DNA from: Octopus sinensis
Taxonomy: Eukaryota
Length of the DNA stretch: 64,000 nucleotides
Reading direction: 5' to 3'
NCBI RefSeq assembly: GCF_006345805.1
Contig: NC_042997.1
Coordinates: 160,084,001-160,148,000, forward strand
Below the pieces are notes generated by a model. The model ran no database searches, was not told the DNA's origin, and was given only the letters and a program-made list of their open reading frames with translations. The translations under genes and the position numbers were made by a program. Numbering within the stretch: position 1 is the first letter of the stretch; the number at the start of each line of letters is the position of its first letter. This document shows positions 27,137-39,450 of the stretch, piece after piece.

Positions 27137-27347
27137 TCTTTTCTACTCTAAGCACAAGGCCCAGAATTTTTGGGAGGGAGCCAGTCGATTATTTCGATCC
27201 CGTTGCGTAACTGGCACTTAATTTATCGACCCCGAAGGATGAAAGGCAAAGTCGACGTCGGCACAATTTGAACTCAGAACGTAGACAGACGAAATACCGC
27301 AAAGCATTTCGCCCGGCGTGACAACGTTTCTGCCAGCTCGCTGCCTT
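27137..27347 (-). mobile_element. SINE family 1, full length, alternative 3' tail
   Basis: Same head and core as 52488, but the tail is aatcgactggctccctcccaaaattctgggccttgtgcttagagtag. Confidence 0.9.
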
Positions 27348-27599
27348 AAAGTTTTGTAGAAATTGTGTAATTGTTAGTTTGAAGTTGTCCTATCGTCTGG
27401 GCTTTTGTTGGTCAAACTATAGGTTATTTACAAAAATGCGTTGGGGAATATTCCGATAATAGATGTGTGCCCCTCTTCTTTGATTCAATAAGAAGAAACT
27501 ATATATTCACCAACATCTGCACATACGTGTATCAATAATTTCAAATTCTTGAAATCTAGAACCTAAGGAATATAATATAAATATAATAATCCTAAAGCC

Positions 27600-29880
27600 C
27601 AGAAATTTTGCGGTCTTTCCTTTCTGGTTGCTGCAAAAGTTGGAAAGCTTAATTGAGCAAATTTCAACTGTCAAAATGCTCGTCGGTAGATATTAACGAG
27701 TGCATCCAATAATTTCCAGTTTGCTTTTTTTTTATTGTTCTAATTTTTGTTGTTGTTTTTCCTCAGGTCTCCCTGTTCGTGCAGTCTTATTGCATAAATA
27801 TTCTCGAACACCGAAGCATAGGTCACAGAGCAATCTTTTCAGTACTTCATCTCCATCCAGCTGAGATCTATACTGCTCATCCCGACATGTGGTGCTGAAT
27901 CGTATGGATAGTAAGGTGACACTCAGGCTATGTTGCAATGTCTCTATTGCCCGGTCTATTTCCGTAAGCCTATAGATTTTAGTAGTGGTTAGAGCGTGGG
28001 CAAGCTAAGAAGACTCCGTTATAGCATTTTACTTGTTATGCATCTGCGGTTAATGTTTGTCGGCTGCATTTCAGCGCATTGTCGGGAATTAACAAGGCTA
28101 TTAAAGTTATGAATATTTTCTGAGGGTATATGTCTTATGTTTAGCACGACTGATTGTGAGAGACAGTGTTTCAAAACGTTGTCGCGCTACGTTCTCTGAG
28201 GTGTTGAATATATTGTTGTTTGTAAGTTATTTGTCGTGCATTAAAAGGATCACGGGCAACTGAAGTTTTCTACGGCAACAAAGTATGTCTCACACACATC
28301 CAAATAATGTTTCATTTTTAATGTTTTATTTCCTTGTGTATTGAATCTCGGAATACAGTCTGTGTACAGCTTGTTATAGTGCAGATAGCGCTGTTCTATA
28401 TCTTCGCAAAATACGTGAGTTTTTGTGGAAGTGTTGGAGCTCAGAGAGGACTACCGTAATCCATGATGGGTCAAATGAAATATTTTTACATCGTAGCTGT
28501 TGTTTCTTCTGTTATACAACCGTATTGATTGGTAAATATATTTCTAATCCATTTTGTTTTTTTACTATGTATCCTGGGTACGTTACGAATGTTCTAACGA
28601 AGTTGAATATAATCCGTAATTTTATCTTCCCTGATTCTATGTAATGTTTAGATTGCTAAGTGCAATTGCTGACCGTAGGTGATGATGATTTTTAGTATTG
28701 CTGGTAAAAAAGGAATTAGTGCATTTGGTAGGTGCTACTCTATATCTTATTTTATGAATTTATTTTTCTAAGTAATTTAAGCAAGGTTAGAACAGTTGTG
28801 CAGCATTTTCTGAAGAATGATGAACAGTATTAATGTGAATCAATCTGCATATGAAGTTTCATCTGTAAATCTTTGTGAAATATCCCTGAATTGTGCATGT
28901 ATAAGTTAAAAGATTGTGTGAGAAAACGGACACCTGTAATAATCTATCTGAAAAATGGCAAGACCTGGAAATGTGATGTTTGTGAATTTAGCCTGATAGT
29001 TAACTAGGCAGCATTGTATCTTTGTACAGATTGTCAAAAATTTTAGTAGAGAAGGTGGAAGGACATAAAATAGAAAACATTGGTTAGGTCGTTGGCAGAT
29101 AGATTCATTTGTGTGAAAAGAATTTAATTGGTGGGATGGTGGGGATCAGTAAACGTGAACATTCATTTTTTTGTTTGGTGTAATGGCTGAGTGTTGAAGT
29201 TTGAATTTAGATGTGATTTTGAGAGGAGTGAGGCCTAGGTGAGTAAAGTTCAAGATTCTCAGATTTAGAATCTTGGAGAGTGTGAATAGAAAAGTGATTG
29301 ATACTTCTGATTCTATGAGTATTATAATTTTAACTAGTTTCGAGATTCCAGAAATTGGATACCGTTCGAAATTGTGGTTGCAGTGCAATGTGGTTGGTGA
29401 GTGCAATGTGTTCTTCAGACTTTAAATGATTTACGTTTATCATTGTAATATAGTCTAACCCTATAGGAGTGTTCGTAAATTCGGTTGTTTATTAGATTTT
29501 GGGTAAATAATCTGTAGACTGTAATACACACTTATGGGGATTTTAGAAGCTGGTTCATGCAAAGTCATAAATTGTGTCGTATTGTTTAGTTTTACAGGAA
29601 GGAGCCTTTAGGACAAATTTATTTCTCTTAAAATATCGAAGCTTTCTGCTCTCCAAAATTAAGATGAAATTAATTAATCCTGAACTATTTACGGAGACTG
29701 TCCGATATTCTTCCGGCGTCACCATTATTTCGAAATAAAAGTTTACACCAGGAACATTGCAAACTTTCTCTACACTTTCATTCAAAACGCATCCAAAGTT
29801 ATTCTGGAAGGCAAAGGCGAACTATGAGTTGGGTTTTATAAATACCTCCGTTGACCTCAAATAAGAAATCATTTAATTTT
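27600..29880 (-). mobile_element. Old L1-clade LINE remnant, family 2 (ORF1 knuckle, APE, RT pieces)
   Basis: ESRKLRYFKRNKF (decayed CCHC), then TTLHCN...IIILIESE (APE start) and NVHVY*SPP; homologous to 6606-7950. Confidence 0.55.
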
Positions 29881-31311
29881 ATATAGAGGAACAAGTATGT
29901 ATGTATTCTGGCAGTTTTACTACAACGGTTTTTTTCATCTTCCTCGTAGTCAAATAGTATAACATCTAGTCCGTAGGAGAGACATTCTTCACATGACTGA
30001 TGTATGGCTTTATTTCATTATTATCTATATAAAACAATTCCTAAGCAGGTTTGCAAACCTGGAGATGTTCTTTCCATTTCATTATTCTACGTCTGGTTTT
30101 GTTATGTGAATTTTAGGAAGTAGGCCTGCAGGAATAATATGTGCACTCAAGAAACTAATCTATGGTACATTCAGCAGAAAAAAGCAACAGACAGTGAAGA
30201 GAAAACTGTTCTATGGTTATTGGTTAAAAGTAGCAGGGAAAACCCCGAATATTGGCAGAGAGACTAGGAACATGTAGGAACATGTGTGTAAGTAAAAGCA
30301 TCCCTTGCATGCATCATTGTGACCAAAGACACATAATCCACAGACTACATATTCCTGTCCTGTACCTAACCAACATTTCTGCGTCATATTGCTTCTAATC
30401 AAACATGTATCAACATGTAAACCCTCACTTGACCTTGTAGCTGTTGTTATGGCTTTCATCAATAACTGATGGCTGATCAGATGAGAATACATGTGTTTAA
30501 AGAGTGATATTTTTTTACTGTTTTTTCCTAGCATTTCTCGCTTATACATTAAAAGTTCTAGTTGACATATTGACAGTCAATGGATCTATCTATCTACCTA
30601 TCTGAGCATAATTAACACACAAACTATACATGTAAAATAAAATTTATTTTGAAGTGAACGGTGAAAAAAATGTTTTCGTGACTAATATAATATATATAAT
30701 GATTTCCAATTTAGGGAAAACGAGAATGTGTTTCATTTTCTTTGAGCGGAGAGTCACTGACAGAAGTCTTAAACTTGCCGTAACATGCCGCAGAATAAGC
30801 GATCGAAGTACTCATTGAAGTTCATTTCATGATCTATAGGAATGACGTTTGTGTGTTATTTACGTGTTCGCCATCTTTGTGTGATTTAGGACGACTGTCA
30901 CTTTACAACAACGTGGTTACTCGTTCGATATTCCTACGCATCATCTTGGAATAATATCTTCTATCAAATCCTCTGATTCCCATAGTGTGGAAATTCTAAT
31001 TTTGGGGCATATTAGACTTACCGACCTCACTTAACGTTTGAAGGATTTTAACATACTATACTCAATTACAAGGAGCGTTGTCCCTTTCTTAGTATTTTCT
31101 TTCTTCTCCTATCTGCTTCCATATATCTACTCAGTTGAGGAGCCTGAACAATTCAATATCAATCTCTCTGAAGTTATTTATTATGGTTTTATCTTTTCCT
31201 GTATTTGATAATAAGATACGATGGAAATATTTTAAAGACGGCTTCATACTAAGGGAAACTTAAAAAATAATGCTGCAATCACAATATTATGATATTAATA
31301 GAAAAATGCTA

Positions 31312-31587
31312 AAAATTGACATAAATGTAAATAGAAATAATCTGCCCTGGATCATATCAATTATTCACACACCCACGCACGCACACACACACACAAACAC
31401 ACACACACATAGATACACATACAAATATATATTGAAAACATAAACAAAGAAAATTGACATAGATATGCAGATAGAAATAATCTGCCCCTGATCATATCAG
31501 TTATCCACACACACACACACATTCACACACTCACACACTCACACATACACGAGAACATACTCACACACACATATATGCTGAAAACAT
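31312..31587. repeat. Tandem duplication, ~138-bp unit containing (CA)n
   Basis: aaaattgacat...atagaaataatctgccc...gatcatatca recurs at 31312 and 31450. Confidence 0.9.
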
Positions 31588-31861
31588 CAAAAAAGTGAAT
31601 GCTTTGAGAACTTTATCGTGGAGAAAGTACGACAATATTTACGATATTAACTAAGCAACTACCGGTTTCGTTATATAAAAGGAAAAATAATTCAAATACA
31701 TTCAGTTGAAGTTTTCATAATATCAGTTCTGGAAGTTTACGGGATTTTGTTATAAAAATCACTTAGTGCTCTATTTCCTGTCTTTTCTGTTGTTGAGTAG
31801 CAGCTGACAGCACTAGCAGCCAGCAGTGAGTTAACATGAAGCAGTAGAAAAAACACCGACC

Positions 31862-31918
<57 letters not shown>

Positions 31919-33445
31919 CCTTAGTGGCAAAAAAAACATTCAGAGAAAAAAATTTAAATATTATTAAATTTTAGAAAGTAAACGGCGATATATAAATGAA
32001 ATTATCGGTTCTGCACTTACAAAATTGAGTATCTTAGAAGATTTGCACCACACACATGAAAACTCAGAACTCCTCTGACGCATGTGTACAGATTGAGATC
32101 TGTTGGCATATTTTGCATCTGTTTGGCATTACTATTTTGAAAGGCGATGAACCTATATTTAAAATATCGGTGGAGAAAAAGGTCTTGATGTCAAAATGTC
32201 AAACATGATTGAGGAACAACAAGAGAAATAACAAGAACATCATTAAAAAAATTGTCAATAAATCTTTTTCTCTATTAAAATCCTACTTTAACTGAGAAGT
32301 GCACAAATTGAATGTCAGTATTTCAAAATGTGATATTTTGAAACAAATATTTTATTCCAATCAAAATAATGTCCAAGTAAATACAATGCTTAAATAAATG
32401 TATGGAATGAATGGGATCAGAATGTGAAAGAAAATATAAAAGGAGAAAAAAGTTTTCTTCGTAGTGTACGTAATATTTGCAGTAGACATTAGGAAAAAAA
32501 ATGAATGATTTTTATAAGTGTTAGTCAATGGCTTAGTTGTGACAACGATAATGCCTTATAAAGTTGATAAAATGTGTACCTTAGAAATTCAAAATATCAT
32601 CATCTATGTGTTATAAAATGCATAGCAACTCACATACTTATTCCAATGGAAGGTACTATTCATCATGTTATGGACACATTGCCATCAAATGTTCATAATC
32701 CTTTACAAATTATTGTTGATATTTAACAACAAAGCAATATTGGTCACAATTCAAAATATTATCGACACATTTATATGGTTAAAGAATTTATAGAGTTACA
32801 TAATTTTGTTGAAATAAACAAGTCACATAATGGCGATAACATTGTGATTCGTACTTAAGAAAATAGGTTGCAAGATTCGGAATACGTGTTGTCTGAATTA
32901 GCTAAAGAAGAGGCTTAAGCCATTTCGCATTGTAGGATGGATGCACTAGCTTTTTGTCCAAATTCCCTTATTATTTCAATTCAGTACAATTAGTTAGTGT
33001 AACAGAAGTGATGGCATTAATCTTTTGTACTTCTCCATGTATACAAAATAACTGTAAAATATCTACAATAGTATCATGTTTTCACTTGTAATTAGTTATA
33101 ACAATAGAATCGTTGACAGGAAATAAAGGTTGACTAGAATGCAAAATGCGGGCACAAAGAATATTCTTAAATATTGAGATTGGAAAAGTACAGAGGAAGC
33201 GGTAATTAAACTTGTAAAATTACAGGAAAACAAGAAAAATAACAAAATGTCATTCAATTCATTTTGTGAAAACTGCTCCCGTATTGATTCTTCAACATAA
33301 TTTTGTTCCACTGTTCATTGCTTAGCAATTCGCCCTCTGACTCATATATATCTTCCTTATCTAGGTCACTAATCACTTTGTAAACTGTTACAGGAATCAC
33401 ATCAGATTGTTGATGCCAGTTCTATATATTCATATATATATTCTA

Positions 33446-33498
<53 letters not shown>

Positions 33499-33585
33499 CT
33501 ATAAGGGTGAAAAGGAACACACGGGTTGATATATATATGAAAAAACAAGTCAAGATAGAAAATGCTAAAATAATTTTATAAAGAA

Positions 33586-33633
33586 CATTTCAGTACCGGT
33601 TTCGGTCATTTTGAGACATTTTCAACTGTAACG
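33586..33633 (-). ncRNA. Inverted copy of the 35675 hammerhead, with a G10.1>U change
   Basis: Minus strand cgttacag-TTGAAAA-tgtc-tcaaaat-gacc-GAAA-ccgg-TA-ctgaaatg. Confidence 0.6.
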
Positions 33634-33821
33634 ATTAAATAATTAAATTTAGAAAAATTAAAAGAAAAGTTTTTTTAAAGCCAATTCTGGCTAGAGAATC
33701 ACGCCAACGAACTCCCACATCGCATCAAAAAAGAATTCGTGACAGAAGGGGTTAAATTCATCCTGGAAAATAACTTTTCGCCTTCAAAGACAACTTCTAC
33801 CGACAAAAATCGGGGACTGCG

Positions 33822-35021
33822 ATGGGTACACGAATGGCCCCCTCCTTTGCCAACCTAGTCATAGGATATCTAGAGATCAGTCTGTATCGTAAGGTTCTAG
33901 AAAGATATGGCAGCTCTTTCTCCATCTACATAGAAAACAACTGGAAGAGATATCTAGATGACTGTTTCATTCTTTGGCATGAAAATATAGAGAAACTCAA
34001 AGAATTCCAAGAAATTTTAAACGGACTGGACGTAAACATCCAATTCACGATGGAATATAGCCAGCAACAACTCCCCTTCCTCGATATCCTCATTAAGAAA
34101 GCTAATAATGTAATAGAAACAGACATATATAATAAGCCTACAGATTCTAAGCAATATCTTCCATTCAATTCATGCCACCTCAGACACACCAGGATGAATA
34201 TCCCCTTCAATCTAGCAAAAAGGATATGCACTATAGTTTCTAATGCAAACACCAGAGACACACGACTACAAGAACTAAAAGATACCCTTATCACCAGGAA
34301 CTACCCACCTTCACTTATTGACATGTGCATTCAACGTGCCCTTCAACTTAACATCCAGGAACTGAGACATCCTAAATCAAAGAAAAACTTACGACCAAAA
34401 GCCTTACCATACATCTCCACACACAACCCTCTCAACAATGAAGCCTTCGGCACCATCCTCCACAACATACCCCTCCTAAAAAAAGACTACAGAATGAACA
34501 CAATCCTCCAAACACACACGATCATAAAAAGCAAGAGACAGCCTAAATCTATGAAAAGTCTCCTAACACAAGTCCGGATACACTCTTCAACACAGAAGCC
34601 GACAGTAAAAAAATGTGGAAGACCCAATTGCGGAATATGCGATTATCTAATTGAGGGATCAGAGTTCTCCTTCAAACAGGGACAACGGTTTACAGTGAAA
34701 AGCAACTTCACATGTGCTTCGGAGAACCTGGTATACACACTAACCTGCTCTGGGTGTCAAGAGCAGTACATAGGCCAAACAAAAAATAGTTTGCGTAAAA
34801 GAATGGCCCTGCACAGATCCCAGATAAAAATTCCCCGAAACAGAAAAATTGCTTTCGGCCAACACATAGATACTTGCGCCAACAACAAAACACCAGGCTT
34901 CAGGATTTTCCCCCTCTACCAATTTAGGGACGATACAACCTCGAGACAACGAATAAGTAAAGAAACTCTCTTTATTACAAAATACAGGGCACTTCTTAAC
35001 GGGTCTACGACAAACGATTAA
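33822..35021 (+). CDS. PLE reverse transcriptase C-half + thumb + Cys linker + GIY-YIG endonuclease (399 aa, open)
   Basis: (QKSGTA)MGTRMAPSFANL, WKRYLDDCF, LPFLDI, YNKPTD, CGRPNCGIC, VYTLTC...YIGQT...RMALH. One frameshift just upstream. Confidence 0.93.
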   Translation: MGTRMAPSFANLVIGYLEISLYRKVLERYGSSFSIYIENNWKRYLDDCFILWHENIEKLKEFQEILNGLDVNIQFTMEYSQQQLPFLDILIKKANNVIETDIYNKPTDSKQYLPFNSCHLRHTRMNIPFNLAKRICTIVSNANTRDTRLQELKDTLITRNYPPSLIDMCIQRALQLNIQELRHPKSKKNLRPKALPYISTHNPLNNEAFGTILHNIPLLKKDYRMNTILQTHTIIKSKRQPKSMKSLLTQVRIHSSTQKPTVKKCGRPNCGICDYLIEGSEFSFKQGQRFTVKSNFTCASENLVYTLTCSGCQEQYIGQTKNSLRKRMALHRSQIKIPRNRKIAFGQHIDTCANNKTPGFRIFPLYQFRDDTTSRQRISKETLFITKYRALLNGSTTND

Positions 35022-35674
35022 TACACCTCAGCTTTAGAATAACAAATACACACGCAAATATTACATTCCAAAGAATCCATTACAAATCAGCCCCAATCAC
35101 AGCTATAATCCATAACGTGCCAACTTCAAGTCATACAACACCTCACTACTTCCACTCATTCATATTCTCCCTTCTCTTTTTTCTTCTTCTTCATCATCAT
35201 CATTATCATCATCATCGTCATCATCATCATCACCATCATCATCATCTTTTTCTTCTTCTTCTTCTTCTTCTTCTTCTTCTTCATCATCATCAACATCGTC
35301 ATCTTCTTCTTCTTCTTCTTCTTCTTCTGCTCCACCTTCTACCTCTTAACTTTATCACTAATGCTTTTTAGTATAACACCTACGCAAATTCCATAAACAC
35401 ACCTTTCAATAGAAATATTCTCCTGAATTGAACTGCAACTGCTAGCCGTCACTGACCATTCAAAATACGACCATCAAGGCACTCCCAAATTTTTCCACCC
35501 CCTCTCCTCATCAACCTTCTTCTTCTACACTACCAAGAATTCACAACGACCTCGAACACACAAGTGCAAACAAGGGAGACAGAGAAAGGCAGAATGCCAC
35601 TTATATTTGAACACTATACAAATATTCCTTTAAAAAAACTTTTCTTTTAATTTTTCTAAATTTAATCATTTAAT

Positions 35675-35722
35675 CGTTACAGTTGAAAAGGTCTCAAAAT
35701 GACCGAAACCGGTACTGAAATG
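35675..35722 (+). ncRNA. Type I minimal hammerhead ribozyme, U3-A8 core variant
   Basis: Stem I cgttacag/ctgaaatg; core TTGAAAA; stem II GGTC/GACC; GAAA; palindromic ACCGGT stem III; GUA triplet with predicted cut after 35714. Confidence 0.75.
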
Positions 35723-35764
35723 TTCTTTATAAAATTATTTAGCATTTTCTATCTTGACTTGTTT

Positions 35765-35824
<60 letters not shown>

Positions 35825-35880
35825 TATATATTCATTTTTCGCTTTGTTTTTAAACATCGAAACTTTTAGTATAAATTAAA

Positions 35881-36172
35881 CAGAAATAGCAGACTCTAAA
35901 ATGATATCCAGGTTACCTCCAAATCAATGGCATTCTAAATTCTATTTCCTTTTTCTTCCTACTTGCCAATCCTCACATATTTACAAGACACGTTTCGCAA
36001 AATTGATGAGAAACCCAGCCCTTATCTTGGTTTACTATTTCCAGTTTAAAGCATAGAATTTAAAACTTTTTAAATAAATCATTGAGTTTTCTTCATTGTC
36101 TGCAAAACGTATGAGCCACTCATAAAACAAAAACTCAGGATCATTTAAGCATTTTCTTCGCTTCGAAGACAT
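35881..36172 (-). mobile_element. Chapaev3-like transposase N-terminal (Chapa zinc-finger) remnant
   Basis: MSSKRRKCLNDPE..., NQDKGWVSHQFCETC and MPLIWR*PGYHFRVCYF across frameshifts resemble DQDKxWAPHxxCxxC...WREPxxHxxDCYFC. Confidence 0.5.
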
Positions 36173-37871
36173 TATTTACTATTTTTATCGTGAAATCATA
36201 AAGAAAACATTAAAAAATGGATTTATGTATGAAAGCAATCTAGTCAATTTCCTTGAAACTATTTGAGAGTTTTCCGAGATAATTGTTAATAAAGAAAATA
36301 CTTTTCTTGCCGAAAAAATTTAAGGCATCTCTATACAATATTCATTCCATGAAATCAATTCAAATGGCCTTACAAAATTTCAAGAATCTTTGACATTGTA
36401 ATGATGTTTGAAATTTTATGAAACAATTCATATAATTTTCTATATCTTTGAAATATCGGCGGCAGCAAAATTGTAATAAGAGAAAACTACTTAAATTTGG
36501 CAAGAATTTTCTGAAGAGTATTCAACAAATACCAAATTTTAATAAATCTCGTAGGTACATTTTAAGTGATTTTTCCCGCCAACAGATTGTATTAAAATGT
36601 ATAATCTTGTCATACTCAGAGAAAACGTTCCAGCAATACTCATCTCAAATATTGAACCGCTCAAAAATATTCACTTCTACAACACGATGAATCAAGTTGA
36701 AACAGGAATAGAAAATCTTTCATCCCCCAAATAGTCCTCTTTTTTCAATTGTGAAAACCAGACAATGACATTCCACTTCATTGAATTATATAATCCAGAA
36801 GGAACAATAGTATGACCATCTCCAGATCATAGTTTCATCACAATTCTGATTTTACCAGCTACAGTATTTCCGCCATAGAAAAATAATACAAAATGTGAAT
36901 AAATGAGCACATTCAAAGTCAACACTGTAAAATTATTTGAGGATATTTATAAACATTAAATGGGCAATTTCATTGTTGGCTATTGTAATAATTGATGTCG
37001 GCCGTAGTAGAAGTACTACTACTACTACTACTACTACTAGTAGTAGTAGTAGTAGTAGTAGTAGTAGCAACAGCAGCAGCAGTAGTAGTAGTAGTAGTAG
37101 TAGTAATAGCAGCAGCAGCAGCAACGGCGGCAGTAATATTAGTTTTTGTTGGTTATTATGGTTGACTTTACGCTACAATCCGCCTATTTCGAGAAAATAT
37201 ATTATATCAAAGGTATTGGAGTCCAAACTATAGAATTATATTATTTAATATGTGGGTATTTTGTTAGATAATTGTACGGGATTTTAGAAATATTTGCTTG
37301 TTACTTCTGGCAAGTAGAGCGACAATGTTCAGTCTGAGAAATTGTAGTAGTTATTGTTTAGCTCCTGTTCCATGAGACTAATCATTCGAGACATGGCCAT
37401 CTAGGCTTTACGTGTATGGCCTTTAGAATGGTAGTGTGCGATGTGAGGAAGATTTGACTACTATCACAAAGGCACCAAGCGACCATGTAGAGGCACCGTT
37501 TTAGCAACATAGTTGTATACAGTAGTGGTGGTGAATGGCGGATCACTTTATTGAAATTTTCCATCATTCATATTCACTTAAAATGTCAATTGATTTTTTT
37601 CTATAGTCCAAATAGTTTTACTTTCAATCAAATGCAAGATCTGTTCAGAACGGTCGAGTTATGCTGTAAATAGATTTTAGATAAAATATTAACACGTATC
37701 ACGCTATCTGTTTAGACATGCATGTGAGCGCGCAGTTAGGAAACAGAAAAACGATAGCAATAAAGTAAAGACAAAATCAAAAAGAAAACATAGGGTGAAT
37801 ATATATTTAAGCCCTTAGCGAGCAGTTGTCTTAGTCGCTAGCGTTATCTTCTTTCTTTCTCTTTACAATCT

Positions 37872-38015
37872 TAGTTGAAATCCCACGGAGGTCAACCTTG
37901 TTTTTCATCTGACCAGGATCGATAAAATCTATCACTATTTAAGTGCTGTGATCGACTTCATCGCTTATACCCTTCCCTAAAATGTATGACCAAGAGCAAA
38001 TATTAGAAATCATTG
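37872..38015 (+). mobile_element. SINE family 1-related, diverged 3' part
   Basis: gttgaaatcccacggaggtcaaccttgtttttcatc...gatcgataaaat. Confidence 0.6.
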
Positions 38016-38379
38016 TATATTAAGATTTGATGAAATTTTGTGAGAGTTTATTAGTTTAGTTGCCAACTAAACTAATACTAAACACGTCTTGATGTCTGTC
38101 TTAATTAATTCGTGACCCTATTATTTAGCAATATCGGAAGTCTATATAACTTTATCATTTTATTCATTAGATTGTGGCCATGCGGGTTTACAGCGTTCAA
38201 GGGTTTTAGTGAAATATATCGACAACGTAGACGAAAGTTAATCTGAAAACTTGGCTACCAGGCAGAAAATTTGTAGTTTTAAGATTACAAACTTGTTAGT
38301 TTTGTAATATAAGAGTATTTAAGTAGAGAAAGAATATTATACCTATAAAAACAATAGGGTTGTCGACTCTATCTCAAAG

Positions 38380-39450
38380 TCATCGGAATGAATTACAAAG
38401 TCAGTACAATTCTGGTTTTGACGTCCAGGCTGATTTTGTCACCGAGTGTGCTGTCCAATATCCCAAACGTTGGCACTAGCGCTTGTACTGCAAAAGCAAT
38501 CTACAGAAGTACTCTTTTGTTACGTTGGCTTCAGTGACAGCACCAATATATGCAACCTTCTCATCGATTCGAAGTAGTAGAGATAGACAAACCGATGATA
38601 TATATGTTCTCTGCTTGGTCAACAATCTTACCTCAGTTGTCTATAATGCATGAGCATCTATCTTGCCCAAATTATATTCGTTTATCTCATGAGTATGTTG
38701 TAACCAGTTTGAATTGTCTCTTGATGTTCGTAATATTGGAGAATATAATTTTAGGTCATCAGCAAAAACTGTTTGGGTAACATTAATTTTATCCTTTTCT
38801 GCATATACCTGCATGTACCTTTGGCATTGTGTTAGTAGGGCTGACAAATGGATTCACCGCCAGTACAAACTGCATTACAGATAAATTATCACACTGGAAT
38901 ATGTCTGTTTATAGCTTGATTCTTTTTGTAACAATAAGAAATGCTTTAGTAGTTCTCAGTGATAATTGTGTGAACCACGTTACAGTGTATTTTTCAATGG
39001 CATTCTAGTGAATGCCATTGAAAGACACAGCAGCTTGTAATTTGGCAAGGTGTAGTGTTTCTATCCTGCATGATTGAGAGACAGAGTCGAACAATGTCTT
39101 GTAGTTTAGCTATACAGTTAACAATTTACACCAATGTGATTGGTTTCTTTAAAGACAGCTTTGTTGGGGAGGGGCTGTTCTGAACAGTCCCAGACTCTTT
39201 TCTTTTTTCTGCCTATTCGTCGATTATTAAGCCATTTGTTTGGCATTGGCGTTGTAGAAACATATCCAGACAGTTTACCGTTTGTATATGACGTTCACGT
39301 ATGCAATGGGTTTATAGTTTGGGGCCACACTTGTCTCTTTGTTCTTGTGGATAAGAGTAGTCCATGAAACCATCAGTCAATTTTACTCAGTGTCCATTAA
39401 AAAAAGAAAACATTTTCGTAAACTTTCATGCCGAGACTTGAAAATAATTA
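38380..39450 (-). mobile_element. R4/Dong-clade RT remnant
   Basis: NYKPIAYVNVIYK, WDCSEQPLPNKAVFKE, NYKTLFDSVSQ, FADDLKLYS and FGILDS...LDVKTR in the correct order. Confidence 0.78.

Larger units (their letters stand above)
33529..35778 (+). mobile_element. Penelope-like element (Neptune-type), 5'-truncated, with inverted terminal segment
   Basis: RT + GIY-YIG ORF. 33529-33680 is the reverse complement of 35628-35778 (2 substitutions, 1 indel). (TA)n on both sides. Confidence 0.95.

Noticed and set aside
30217-30549. 110-aa Cys/His-rich ORF
   Set aside because: No recognisable motif, splice signals or homologue within the window.
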